From NCBI RefSeq assembly GCF_009914755.1, contig NC_060927.1: a stretch of DNA of 64,000 nt, one strand, 5' to 3'. Origin of the DNA: the human T2T-CHM13v2.0 reference genome, Homo sapiens. Made by a program: the position numbers and the translations under genes. Position 1 is the first letter of the stretch; every line of letters starts with the position of its first letter. This document shows positions 25,940-40,712 of this stretch, piece by piece. Under the pieces are notes generated by a model. That model ran no database searches. It had not been told where the DNA came from and saw nothing but the letters and a program-made list of their open reading frames with translations.

Positions 25940-28900
25940 GCCAGTATAGAAATCAAAATGGAACTCTATAAAAATATAATAATTTAAAAAGCTGAAAGTA
26001 AGGAAAAAGAAAAGAAGTAAAGGCAACAAAAACCCCACAAAATCAACTTAAAGCAAATAACATTAGATATTAATGGACTAAAATCCAATTAAGAGGCAGA
26101 GAATTGCATAATAATAAGTAAAAAGTAAGACTCATCTTTATCCTGTTTCAAAGCGATGTTATTTTGTCTAATTATATTTACATATTTACATTCGACAGAG
26201 GTAAGCTAAAATTAAATAACTGAAAGAGGCATTCAAACATCGATGTATTCAGAAAGTTCAGAAAACATTTCAAATATATGTTGTATGGTAACCAGTAAAG
26301 ACCATAAGCTGTAGGACAAGCATCAAAAATTTTATGAAAATGGAATGTTTTCTTATGATGATATAATATAAATAAATTAAAATCAATAAATATATCTAAC
26401 AATCTCAAATGAACTTTATATTTAATAATTCATGGTTCAAATATGAAGTAAAAGAAAATAAAAACATACCTAGAACTGAGTAATATTTAAAGCATACCAT
26501 ATCAAAACTTGTAAAAAGCAGCTAAGGCAGTGAATAAAAGGAAATATAATTACATATATTTAAATGGAGAATAATCTGACATCTATTATTTTTTCCCCTA
26601 AGAATCTAGAAAACATTAAGCCTTAACATAAGTAGAAAAAAATAAGATTAATTAATTAGAGAATTTAAAACAATATAGAGAAAAATCAATTAAGTCAAAT
26701 AGTTGTTTATCTAAAAAGTATAATGAAACTTATGTTTTTATTTGTTCTTTGGCAGCTATAAAAATTCACCACTCAGCTCTCCTTCTGCAGTAGCATAATT
26801 TATCAATAACTCTACCTGCTGTACACTGCAAAGATCACTGATTTGCCCGGAGGTCACAGGCTGCTTCCAGTGAATGACAGCATAGCAGGGATCCTGAAGG
26901 AAATTATAAGCTCAAGCATATTATTGTGAATATATAAGTAGTAATTGTCCAATATTAAAATGAAACTAATATAGTCAAATTAATTCTCAAAAATAAAAAT
27001 ACAGTTTAAAGCTAGGAAAGCTTTAAATATGTTTATTACATTAAGGCAAAAACATATGTTAATTACAGTTGTTATAGAAATCATATTTGATAAAATTCAA
27101 CATCTGGTCATAGTTTTAAAAACACGTCACTTGGAATGAAGACATTGTCAAATGGAATGAAATAATAATCACTGGACATTAAAGAGATCCTAGAGGTAAA
27201 AGCTTACATACATAGAACGTGGTTATCTAGCCAATAATAAATATCAGGTTGATGTGAAGGAGTTTCTATTCAATAAATGAAGTTGTAAAAATTCAGTATC
27301 AACATGATAGAAATGAAATAAAATCTCCTGATTTACTTCAGACAAAAAATGTAGCTGCAGACTGACAGAAACTCAAATATCAAAAGGAAAAGGAAAAATA
27401 AAACTTACAAGAAAATCTAAGAGAGTATTTTTTAAACTTTGAAGTAAAGTAGATATTTTTTAAATCACCGAACTATCTCTTATAAAAGATTAATAGACAT
27501 GGTTACATTTGAATAAAAAATATACATTTAATTATTAGGCATCATAAAAGATGTGAAAAGACAAGCCACATTGCAAAACTAAACATACTCCTGCCATATG
27601 ATCCAGCAGTTGTGCTCCTTGGTATCTACCTAAAGCAGTTGAGAACACACATCCACACAAAAACCTGCACACCAAGATTTATATTAGCTTTATTCATAAT
27701 TGTCAAAACTTGTAAGCAACTGAGGCATACAGTGTAACTAACTGGATAAATAAACTGTGGTACATCAAAAAATGGAATATTATTTAGTACTAAAAAATGA
27801 ACTTTCAAACCATGAAAAGACATGGATGAAACATAAATCCATATTATTAAGTGATAGAAGCCAATCTGAAATGGCTACATACTGTATGATTCCAACAATA
27901 TGACATTCTGGAAAAGATGAAATCATGGAACTAGTAAATACAACAGTGGTTTCCACATGGCAGGTTGAGGGAAGGGTGAGTAGGTCAAACACAGGGGATA
28001 TTTAGGGCAGTGAAAATGTTCTGTATGACACTGTAATGATACATGCCATTGTACATGGATAATGGATGCAAGTTATCATATATTTGTCCAAACCTAATGT
28101 ATAAGACAAAGGGTGAGCCCCAATTTAAACTGTAAACTTTGATTCATAATGACATAGCAATTGGGGTCATCAATTCCAAAAGCATGACTCTGATGGGGGA
28201 AGTTGAAAATGGAAATGACTATGGATGTGTGGGGGCAGAGAGTATTTGGGAAATATTTGTACCTTCCTTGATTTTGCTTCTCTAAAAGAATAAAGTCTTT
28301 GAAAAAAGACAAGTCATGAATTGAAAAATTATGTATATTCAATATATCTATGATAAAGGATTAGCCTCAAATATATAGAGACAAATTTTGTAATCTAATT
28401 AAAATAATTAGCTATATAATAAAACGAACAAAAGGCAAGACTAGACATATCATAAAAGAGAAAAAACAGCAATAGATTTATGATGAGAAGCTCAACCATG
28501 CTAGTAATCATGGAAGTGTGAAATCTAAACCAAAATGAAGTATCATTTTTCAACCACTTCCATTCATGTAATTATGATGTCTGACAATATGAAGTATTGA
28601 AGAGAATGCTGCTCAATATAATTCTTTTTGTATTATTAGTAATATAGTAAAAACCCACCTTGAAAGACAGTTTGCTATATCTAGAGAACTTCAAGGTTTA
28701 CATACCTTAAAACCCAGTTATTCTACTCCTAGTTATATACCTGATACAAATTTGAATATCTAGATTTCCGGAAACAGACAAATTAATGTGCATAGCATTA
28801 CTGTTCACAAACAACTCCAATGTTTATATGTATATCTAGATAACTATACAATGTTCTGTCTTTATCTCTCTTTCTTTCCAAGCACACATACACACACACA

Positions 28901-29000
28901 CAGGCACACTCATGCACAGGTGTATTACAAAGCAATACAAATGAATGCTTTATAGATGTATACATGTATTTATTGCTCTAATGTTTACAAACAATCAATG
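25940..29000 (+). mobile_element. Fragmented ancient L1ME ORF2/3' region (host of L1MC)
   Basis: Degenerate motifs TAATGGACTAAAATCCAATTAAGAGGCAGAGAATTG, ATATTTGATAAAATTCAACATC, ACCCAGTTATTCTACTCCTAG in L1 order. Confidence 0.6.
27571..28303 (+). mobile_element. L1MC1/2-like 3' end with preserved TSD
   Basis: CATATGATCCAGCAGTTGTGCTCCTTGGTATC...AAGCCAATCTGAAATGGCTACATACTG...AATAAAGTCTTT; TSD AAAAGACAAG(C/T)CA at 27556-27568 and 28304-28316. Confidence 0.85.
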
Positions 29001-29461
29001 ATTATAATGTAAGGCACTATATCATTATAATTGTTTAAAAACAATTATAATTGTAATGTAAGTCACTATATGGCCACTAGAGTGGATTTCTAGATTGGAT
29101 TTCCAATCAAACTCAGTAGACACAATAGGCAAACTTAGCACTAAGTTATGTTTAGGAAAGGATATAGCATCATTCACAGCAGCAGGATCGTGGAAGTTTT
29201 AATCACCCAGATGTGACACCTGATGTCCCCAAACATCCTATAGGATGAATTTGTTTTCATGGATGATGACAAGAACTGACATGTAAGTCTAGGTCTCAAG
29301 TGACAAAGGGAACTGAAAATTTTAGGTTGACTCAGCTTAATTTACTCAAGTCATTGTCACCTGGAGAGGCAGATGCTATGCTGCCATTTGTTAGTGCACT
29401 CAAAATCCACATTTCCACAATACATAATCCCGATAACAGCACTTCTAGAGGCATTCCAGTA

Positions 29462-29906
29462 AAGTAGTCCCCTTACCTGTGGGAAATACTTTTGAAGACC
29501 CCCTAGTAAATACCTGGTACTACAGACAGTACAGAACTTTATCATATTTTATCCCATATGTACTTATGATATCAACACCTGGTTCTGTGGACAGTACAGA
29601 ACCCTACTATATACTATGATTTTTCCTATACATGCTTATAAATTAAATTAATTTATAAATTAGACAAGGAAGAACTTACTTGCTTGCCTAACAATAATAA
29701 CTAATAACAAAATAGGCATTACTTATTATTAGGAATTATTTGTCTGATAATAATAACTAATAATAAAAGAGAACAATTATAACAATATACTACAAAATGT
29801 TATTTGAATGTGATCTCTCACTTTCTCTCTCAAAACATCTTACTGTACTGTAAAGTGGGTAGCTGAAACCATGGAGAGCAAAACTGTGGATAAGGAGGGA
29901 CTATCA
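29462..29906 (+). mobile_element. MER44-like (Tigger7, TcMar) DNA transposon
   Basis: Degenerate terminal inverted repeats AGTAGTCCCCTTACCTGTGG / CTGTGGATAAGGAGGGACTA; internal AAGACCCCCTAG and ACAGTACAGAACCCTA. Confidence 0.75.
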
Positions 29907-30304
29907 TACTCATTAATTAGTACATAGATCACAGTTAAAGCCTCCCAATGAATATATACCTTTAGATGACTCTACAAAAAATGTGACTAAAGGTTAACTT
30001 TATTCAAGCATCCCTGAGGCAGGACGAAAAAAATCACAACCAAATTAACTCTTTAAAAATAATTTAAAAAAATAACAAATATAACTTTAGAATCATGGAA
30101 GTAAAACATATCTAGTCCATGGTGGTTGTTAGCTTGGAAGAAAGGCAGTTAGCATAAGATGGAGGGGAACACAGGAATAGAGAGCTGAGGAATTTTAGTG
30201 CTATGTTCTAGTTTTTCTTTACAAGTGGTAAAGTTCATATGTGCAAGTTACATTAAAAAATACAAAATTAATGAAAACAAAATAAATTTATTTAAATGCG
30301 TTTA

Positions 30305-30598
30305 GGTCCAGGCACGGTGCTCATGCCTGTAATCTCAGCACTTTGGGAGGCTAAGGCGGGTGGATCACTTGAGGTCAGGAGTTCGAGAACAGCCTGGCCA
30401 ACATGGTGAAACCCCATCTCTACTAAAAATACAAAAATTAGCCAGGCATGGTGGTGGGCACCTGTAATCCCAGCTACTCAGGAGGCTGAAGCAGGAGAAT
30501 CGCTTGAACCCTGGAGTTGGAGGTTGTGGTGAGCTGAGATCGTGCTACTGCACTCCAGCCTGGACGACAGAGCCAGACTCTGTCTTCAAAAAAAAAAA
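30305..30598 (+). mobile_element. AluSx/Sz
   Basis: Full dimer GGATCACTTGAGGTCAGGAGTTCGAG, A-tail. Confidence 0.93.
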
Positions 30599-31138
30599 GT
30601 TTGTAAAGGCTTAGACATAAATTAATGCTGAAGATGAATGAAAATTTATATGCCTGAGAATTTTAACATCTGGGAGCAGTCTTGTGTTTTTCCTTATAAA
30701 GTAAAATATTTCAGAAAAAAAAAAACTAAAGACATTGCCCTAGGTAAATGTTGCTTTGAAGACAGAGAAAGAGAGACAGAGACAGGGGACAGGGGAGGGT
30801 ATTTTATCACATCAGCAAAATTCTGTTATAAGTACTTGGAAAATTTGTTTTTTTTCTTATTTTTTTGTTCTCCCTAATGACTCATTTAGCTGAATTTTTA
30901 AACAACTGGCATATTTGATTATAGCAACTGTAAGTATTTTTTTCTTTTTTAGCCAAACTTTTAAATAGTTTATGATTATAATGCTACCCTTACTATTTGA
31001 TGAGTGATTACTTTATGCTAGTCACCATACTTTACATGGCTTATGTTATCATCACAATATATTAGATGGATATGTAAATATAAATTCTACTCATGAAAAA
31101 ATCAAGGTTAAGTTAGGTAATATAATAAACCAAGTATT

Positions 31139-31830
31139 TCAGGAAAGCTCTCAAAGTATGTTTCTTTGTTCTCACACCACTACAGCAATCATTAACACAG
31201 AGGAAGACTTCTGTGACCAAATGTGTGAGGCATTTTCCCCACACAACAAGCAGCGGACGCCAGCTGGGTTTCCTCCAATTTAATTCCAACACTATCTACC
31301 TGGACATAGTGTTAGATCCCATGGATTGATACGTCAGTCCCCAAGACTGCACTCTACCCTGCCACTGGACAACGGTAGCAAGTCCAGGCCTCTGAAAATT
31401 CTAACTTCAACATGAGTTCTCATGACCCCGTCTTTATTTCACAGAAACACTTATATTTACTAGTTTATTATAAAGGATGTTGCAAATGATACAAACGAAG
31501 AGATGTGTAGAGTGAGGTATTGGGAAAGGGGCACTCAGCTTCCATGCTGTCCGTGGGTGAGCCAGCCTTCAGGAACCTCCATGTGTTTATCTATCCAGAA
31601 GCTTTCTAAACCTAGTCTCCTTGAGTTTTTATGGAAGTGTCATAAGGTCAACATTTCTTCCCCCAAGGTATAGAATGGGGATCCTCTCTGAGGAGCATCT
31701 TATGACCCACAATCAGAAAGGCAAGGGAGGTTAGAATCCTGCCTTAGGGCGGGCAAGAGGCCAGGAGAAAATTGGACAGATTCTGTTTCTTGAGCTCTGC
31801 TCTTGAGGCCTTATACACCCAACGTTATAA
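31139..31830 (-). mobile_element. MER21-like LTR
   Basis: AACACAGAGGAAGACTTCTGTGACCAAATGTGTG...CCAGCTGGGTTTCCTCCAATTTAATTC...CTATCTACCTGGA. Confidence 0.78.
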
Positions 31831-32319
31831 ATGAGCCTCTCATTCAGACAATGAGTTCCAAATCTGAAAACTCTTTAGGGTCCTAAAATTACACAAGTGG
31901 TAATAGCTAATTAATTGTGGTAATTGCCTTCAGTCTTCTGATATTCTACCCTTCGTTAGTTAATTATGCAAAGGACTTGCTGTCCATCAATATTGTTTCT
32001 TAAAACCCCATGTTTTGTTGATTATCTATGAAGATCTCAGAGTTAGAGCCTTTTGACTACTATTTTGACCTTGCAGTTTATTACAATAATTGCCTTACTT
32101 CTGACGGTTAAGTATTCCTGTCGGTTTTTATCATATTGGGCTCCTATTATCTCCATTGATTAAGGGAAGTCCAGTTCTGGAACATTATCTTCTGTCAGCC
32201 CTAACTACTACTAATTTTTTAACTGATACTGATATCTATTTTATTTATTATCATCTCTTTTATCAAGTGGTAAAGTGGAGGGCTTTTGAGGTCCTCTTGC
32301 AGATTATAGTCAGGTGGTA

Positions 32320-33116
<797 letters not shown>

Positions 33117-34157
33117 GTAGATTTTCTGTACAGTATTTCAAGTCTTACATGTTCATTTCTCTAAGTCTTTTGATCCCCTCCTCAATTGTCTTCAATGAAA
33201 GGTCTGGTCTTTCTACTCACCTTCTTTGAACCATTATGTACTCAACTCTCTAAGAATCATTTCAGCAACATCTTAGCACTATTTCTGGAGTCCTTTTTAG
33301 GGTGTTATATCCTGTTTCACATATCAATGAACTCTCTCTTGGCAAATATTATTTTCTGCTCTTTTTTCCATACCACTCTGAGGATGCAGGCACATATTCT
33401 CTTCAGGATCTTCTGGTTTGGGTCATTAGACCTTTTGGCTCCTTTGAGGAGTACTTCCTTTCCTCCTGTGACAGATCCAGGCTCTGTGTGGCCAGATTGC
33501 ATTCTAAATTTACTCTGATTATTGGTTTGTTGACCAAGAAAGAAGTTGGGATGGATTCGGAGATTAGCTGTTGAGAAGTATGTTTTGTTTTGCCATATGA
33601 AGGTATTTTCGTTATCTTCCAGCAATGAGGAAGTGCAGTGACTGAGTCACTGTTGTGTTAGCAGGCACAGAATCTTCAGGGAATCTAAGGATTTAACATT
33701 TTTAAGAACATCAATAGGAATGTCCACGGAAGGAGAGGTTCTTCCCTAACAGTGTAGCGTACTTGCTAAGGTTTATAATTCAACTTTCTCTGGAGCTATG
33801 CTTCAATTCAAATTAAAAGTCGAGAGCCTGATCCTAGCATTATCACTGCTCCATCAGCTGGAGATAAATGATTCTTTGTATGCTACTAAGAAAATATTCT
33901 GGTTTCATTCTTTCCCAAAAATAAGTATTAAATCTCCCTCAGCCTTTTATTGTCTTTCTCCAATGACTTGATAAACTTCAGAAATAGCCATCTAATTTCT
34001 TACTCTTATAATTACTCCTTCCCGTAAACATCTCAAATGCCTGAGATATGGGACCTACCAGAGCATTCTGTTTCCTCAGTATGCTGCCCCATTTTACCAC
34101 CAGCTACTACAGTTTAGCAATTGCACCATTCGAGCTTGCTAAAGATTATTTGTGTTC

Positions 34158-34626
34158 CTGAGAATGATGGTTTCCAGCTTCAACCATGCCCATACAAAGG
34201 ACATGAACTCATCATTTTTTATGGCTGCATAGTATTCCATGGTGTATATGTGCCACATTTTCTTAATCCAGTTTATCATTGATGGACATTTGGGTTGGTT
34301 CCAAGTCTTTACTATTGTGAATAGTGCCTCAATAAACATATGTGCGCATGTGTCTTTAGAGCAGCAAGATTTATAATCCTTTGGGTATATACCCAGTAAT
34401 GGGATGGCTGGGTCAGGTATTTCTAGTTCTAGATCCTTGAGGAATCACCACACTGTCTTCCACAATGGTTGAACCAGTTTACAGTCCCACTGACAGTGTA
34501 AAAGTGTTCCTATTTCTCCACATCCTCTCCAGAACCTGCTGTTTCCTGACTTTTTAATGATTGCCATTCTAACTGGTGTGAGATGGTATCTCATTGTGGT
34601 TTTGATTTGCATTTCTCTGATGGCCA
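34158..34626 (-). mobile_element. Young L1PA internal fragment with no poly(A) tail or 3' end
   Basis: ORF2 C-terminal [24 protein letters not shown]...WNQPKCPSMINWIKKMW; both ends stop mid-element. Confidence 0.92.
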
Positions 34627-34734
34627 CCTTCAGCCAATTATGAGGTCCTTTTCCATTGCTAGGCAGACAATAGGCGGTAAAGTTCCTGCATCCCATTTTT
34701 AGAACCTGCATAATAGGGACAATTTTGTTCCAAC

Positions 34735-35012
34735 TGTCTCAGGTTAGGTTCCCTAGGAAACAGACTCACATCTATATTTGCATGCAGAAAGTTTACTAGG
34801 AAATGCTTTGGGGAATAATATCTTTAAGGAGGTCAGAGTAGTAGGATTTGGCAGATGGAGAAGTTAAACTGCCATGAGTGGGTTGTAAATTTGATTAAGA
34901 CAACACCCTTTAGCAGAGGGCAATTCTAGGAGAGTTGAATTGTGAGTAGCCCAGAACTGGAGAAATTAGTTCTTTAGTTTGACTTCAGTGGCATCTCACT
35001 GTGTCCATTATG
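34735..35012 (-). mobile_element. ERVL LTR (LTR33/LTR16-like), probable 5' LTR of the gag remnant
   Basis: TGTCTCAGGTTAGGTTCCCTAGGAAACAGACTC...TGCATGCAGAAAGTTTACTAGG; directly upstream of gag on the minus strand. Confidence 0.6.
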
Positions 35013-37449
35013 CATTATATTTGCTCCAGAGTTTATTGAAAAAGGAATTTACAGTATATTTTTTATTTCATTGATTTATTTTCATTTTCCCAGTTGCTTT
35101 TTTTTCTTTCTGAGGAAAAAGCGTGGAGAAGATTGGTTATAAAACTATATTAATATCAGAAATATACGTGACTTTTAAAAATTACATATATACCTGCAAA
35201 AGATGAAGCTGTGCCTCATCTTCTCCTGTAAATCTTGTCAGTGTCACACTACTAGGTAATGTGTGTTGAATTCATTTGGATATTGAATTCAAACTACATA
35301 TGTTACATATATTGACCTATAAATAAGATCATTTTGAATAGAAACCTTAGGAGAAGATATGGGATAAGTTATTCCCTAATGATTTATGTAGAAAATTTTA
35401 AAACATAAAATCAGTGTGAATCAGAAGAATCCTTTTTTCTATAAAGTGTTACATCGAAGTGGTTCTCAACCTTTTCAAGAAATGATTAAATAAAAGAGAA
35501 TGTTTGAACATCTACTGGAAATTTGATCTGTCCTAAAATGATCATTACACAACTCAAAACATCTTAGAAATCTCTTGTTTCAGAGTAAAACAATAATTAT
35601 GACATTTTAAATCATACTTTATAATGTAGCCTCATTTGTTTTAATATAAAAATGTGTAAAGATATGTAAAGACTCATCCTGTAGCCATCAGTCTTTTGTC
35701 CTAATTCACTTAGGCTAAAGTCCTTAGATTTACCCTGGCCACTTACCTTTCCCTTATACCTAGTCCACTTTCAGCCTACCATTAAATCCTATTTTTCTGA
35801 CTGTGAAACATATCTAAGCTCAAAATATATCCAAACCACCCAGACCACTATGGCTTTGGTTTCATAGAGTTTTCCTAATCCCTCTCTCAGAACTGCTCAT
35901 GATACTAGTAAATTGTGGCCATCAGGTTGATACAATGTTACAGTATATAACCAAGACATATTGGCCATTGATTCATTTCTCTTCTACTTCATAAACTCCC
36001 CTGTGAGTAAAGAAGATACATATCTTCAATAAACTCAATGGAGGAAATGAAATGTTTCTCTTTTATCTTTGCACATTATGAAACACCTAATAAGGAGTTC
36101 ATATGTACTAAAAAGCAGGAAGAATGAGCTAATGTTTGACTCTTTTGGTCAGGTTTTCCCTGCTTTGCAGTTACATACATGTAAAGAGAGGCTGCAGATC
36201 TCTCTACATATGTGGATTTGGATAACAGCTCACTGTACTTCAATATTATGCACATCCTAACTAAACATATTTTGTTCTGAATTATCAAAAGTCCCTAAAG
36301 TAAATCAACTGCACTTTCCAGGCACTCCTAAAGCGCAGTCCTCAGGGATAGTATTTAATTATCCAGCCTTATTGATGTCAAAAATTCTATCCAAGAAAGA
36401 ACATACAGAGTTTTAGAATCTTATAATATGCCTGCAGATTTTTGGAAGTGTGTGATAATCATATATTCATAAAAATATACTAAAGCCAAATATTAAAATA
36501 TAGATTTTAATCTACATATATACAATATAAATATGTATACATCATACTTATGTGAGCATAGGTAAATCCTCTTCTAGGATAAGTGGGAGATATATGCCTT
36601 AATAAGGAATGCCTACTTATCTATTAATTTGTGCATTTTTATATTAATACATTTATTATAGAACTAATATCCCAATTGGAAATTTAAACAATGATAAACT
36701 ATATGGGCATCAAAAATAAAGAACCTCTCAAAAACCTTAATTGAAGCAATCATGTCTTTGTTCTGTAAAAGGTGAAGAACTTTATATATTTTACATAAAA
36801 ATAATTTTTCACAATTCTAATTTGTAACTGAAATTTTTATGCAAACCTTATTATGGCAGATGGATTTTCTTTATTCTATTTGTTTCTGCTGGAATTTTAC
36901 CATAAAATCATTCTTTGATTGCAAAGTTTTCTTTTAGACTAGTCTAAGAGAACAAAAAAGACAATTCAATGATTATATATTTCATATTTATTTTAAAATA
37001 CTGTAATACAAAAATATTATTGCTTGTGTCCATTATATTGTCCTAGATTTCTGAAATATTATTCCTGTTGACCCATGACATTCTGTTTTCTTATTGCAAG
37101 CTTTCTCTGTTTGTTTCTATCATAGTTTTCTGAGATCTCTGGTTTTATGTTCTTTATTTATCTTTTTCCTACTCTTTAAAGAAATAAAAAAAAAACTCTT
37201 TTACTCACTCAAATTTAATTAGTTTAATAAGCATAAAACTCAAATGTAGTTTTGTTTCATCAAGTCAGTAACTAATAATGTAGAGTATTTTAATCATGTA
37301 TATTTTTAAATCTATTTAGTGACATTCACTTCTTTGTGCAGATTGCCTTTTCATCCCCTTCTATTTTCTAAAGAGTATTTATTTTCATTATACTGATTAT
37401 TTATCCCTTCTGGATCTTATTTTTTAATTTATTTTGCAAAACTTTAATT

Positions 37450-40400
37450 TATATTGCAAAAACTTGTTTTATCAGTGAGTAACTTGTAAATGATATGCAT
37501 GGCATCATATTACATCTTAGTTTACATTTTGATACAGTTAAATTTAAAAGCACTTTTCTTAATTTAGTGTGTCTTTACATATCTTATATGGATTTCCATC
37601 TATAATATATTAAAGATGTAAAGAGTGAAGTAATAAATTTATTTTACTTTTGTATATGTAAAAAGGACATTAAGAAGAGTCAATTGTTTTTCTATTTAAA
37701 TTTAAGGCAACCCCTTATGTTTGGGTCTATTTCTAAGTTTTCACTCCAGGTCAATTGTTTTACCTGTTTATCTCAGTTAATTTGTAATATTAGGTTAAAG
37801 CTTTCAAATAATTGTCATCAAGCATATTATAGATATCTTACAATAATCATAAATGAGACAGTTTATACTACATCATTAATACTGTTATTGCCTGGGCCAA
37901 GAAAATGCTATTGAGTTTTATATAGGGATGTATAGCCAGCTACTCTTTAGTTTTCGTAGTTTGTCTAAAGAAGCTTATATGATCAACAAGTAAAATTTTG
38001 TTTCTTAATTTTCAACCATCCTGATGTTTGTTTATGTTATCTGTCTTCATGTATTGACTTTTAGTAATATGTTGATAAACAGTAGGAAAAATGAGGCAAT
38101 ATTTCTTTGTAATTCAATAAAAATGTTTCTATATTTTGAAATATGATATTTGCTGCTAGCTTGGTAGATTTTCAAATTTAAAAAGAGTCTTGTCTCTTCT
38201 TACTTTGGCAAATAATATTTTTTAAATAAAATGAATGAATATCAAATTTTGTTAAATTTTTTTTGCCTTTATTGATTACATAATGACATGATGTTGAGCA
38301 GTTTCTAATGGCATTATCTGCAATTCATACATCTTTTATGCTGAAGTGTGTACCCAAAATTATCCCCATATTCTAAATTTTTTAATTGAGATTTTAGAGT
38401 TCTTTTATGGATACCTAACCTTAAACAGATATATCATTTTTAAATACTTTCTCTCAGTCTGTGGATTGTTTTTCTATACTCTCAATAATGTCTTTCATAG
38501 AGCAGTTCTTATTTTTTTGAAGTTCAATTTATCATTTTTAAATTTTAAGGATTATGCCTTTAGTGTTTTATTTAAGCAATTTTTATTCCAGAACCATATG
38601 TCAAAAAGATAAGTTTTTCTCCAATAAAGTACTTCGCATATTTGTTGAAAATCAGGTGTGTGTTTATATATTTATATGTATACTTATCTATTATCTATCT
38701 GCCTTTCTACAGATCAATCTCTGAACTTTCTATTCTTTCTTGATACCAGATAACCTTTAAAATAAAATTTAAGAACATATGGTGAAAGTCTTCCAATTTT
38801 TATCAAAATTGTCTATTTAACTCTTTTTAATTTGCTAATTAATTTAATGCGAAAAAAATTGAGATTGCATTAAATCTTTATCTCAGCTTATAAATAGTTG
38901 AAATCCTAACAATTTTGGGGTCTCCAATCCATGATTATGGTATATTTTTCTATTTGTTTAAGCCTTCTTAATTTTCAGTAATTTATTTTTGCAATTTTTA
39001 GTGTACAAGTCTTAAACATCTTTATGAGAGTTATCCTTAGTAGTTAGTATTTTTGATAACATTGGAAATAGTATTGTTTGATTTCAATTTACAATATTTC
39101 ATTGTAAGTGTATAAAAATAATTAATATGTATATATTGCATCTTGGCTAAACTTATTTTTTAATAACAGAATATTTAGATTTTGTAGAATTTTCTACACA
39201 GATTATGTAGTTTATGAATAAAAAAGTTTTATATCTTTCTTACCACTTTATATGACAAATGTTTTACTTGCATGATTACAGTGACTAAAACTTCTGTAAC
39301 AATGCTCAATACATATAGTGAGAAGGTACATAATTGCCTTGTCTCTGATTTTAGGTTTTTCATAGATGTCCTTTACATTAGTGAAGAGTTTGCCTTTAAT
39401 TTCTAGTTTGTTGAAAGTTTTTTTTAAATTAAATAGGAAATCAATGTTGGATTTGTCAAATGATTTTTATGCATCTGTTGATAAAACTATGTATTTATTA
39501 ATGACTGTTAATTTAGTAAATTATAGTAATTGAACTTTTAATGTGAAACCCACATCATGCCCTTGGGATAAATCCACTTATAATGGCATATTCTCTGTTT
39601 TATATGTAATTGAATCCAATATGTTTTTAAAAAATAATTCATCTGTATTTTAATTTTCTTGTAATAAATTTATCTGGTCATGTTTTCAGACAATTCTGAT
39701 CTCATGTAATGAGTAAAAATTATTATCTTCAATTTTTGAATGTATTTTTGTTAACTTGATATTATTTCATTTTAAAATATTTAAGAGAACGTATCAATGA
39801 AGCTATCTGGGCCTAGATTTTCTTTATGAGAGGGTTTTTACCTACAAATTCAATAAATGGAATCAAAAGCAGGGCTATTCAGGTTGTCTATTTTTTATTT
39901 AATGAGCTCTATAATCTTATGTCTCTGAAAGAATTTATATCATCTTAATTGTCAAATTTATAATACAAGTGGTTTTTAATATCTTCAGATTATTTTTTAA
40001 ATTTCTCTAAATATTCTTTTAATAACAAATTTCCCTACCTTTTCTTTTTCTTTTTGATTAGTCTTGCTAACAGCTTAATCAATTATATTGATCTATCCAA
40101 AAAATCAACTTTGTCTTTATTGACTTTTTTCTATTGTGTTTTAGTTCTCATTTGAAATAATTGGTGACATACCTCTAGTAATATGCTTCACAATTGATGT
40201 TTGAAATATTTACTTTTAATCAGTTTAAAATATAATTTCCCTTTGTTTTTCCTTTATGAATATTATTGTATTTCAAAATATTTGAGAGTTTTTCAGATAT
40301 CTTTGTAATTGATTTCTATGTTAATACTAATACAGTCAGAGGATATATTTTCATGACTTGAATATTTTTAATTTATGAAACCTTGTTTTAGTCCTCAGAA

Positions 40401-40702
40401 TAATGTACACATGCTGGCAAATGTTAAATGTATACTCAAAAGAATGTGTATTCTGCTGTTGTTGGGGGAAAATTTATATAAATGTCAATTAGGTCATTCT
40501 AGTTAATAGTATTGTTTAAGTCTCCCATATTCTTATTGATTTTATGTGCACCTGTCCTGTAAATTATTATGAGAGAAAAATTAAAATCTCTGATAATAAT
40601 TGTGGATTTTTCTATTTCTCTTTGAATTTTGATCAAGTTTGGCCATATATTTTTAAATAACTCTTGTTGGCTGCCTACATATTTGGGATTATTATTTCTT
40701 TT
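37450..40702 (-). mobile_element. Ancient L1M (MC/ME) ORF2 fragments
   Basis: T-rich; ORF 40499-40723 IEKSTIIIRDFNFSL...INKNMGDLNNTIN is L1 endonuclease; element resumes at 42341. Confidence 0.75.
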
Positions 40703-40712
40703 CCTTTTTTTT

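Noticed and set aside
33186-33625. Overlapping ORFs as a processed pseudogene
   Set aside because: No poly(A) or TSD; motifs fit ERVL gag instead.
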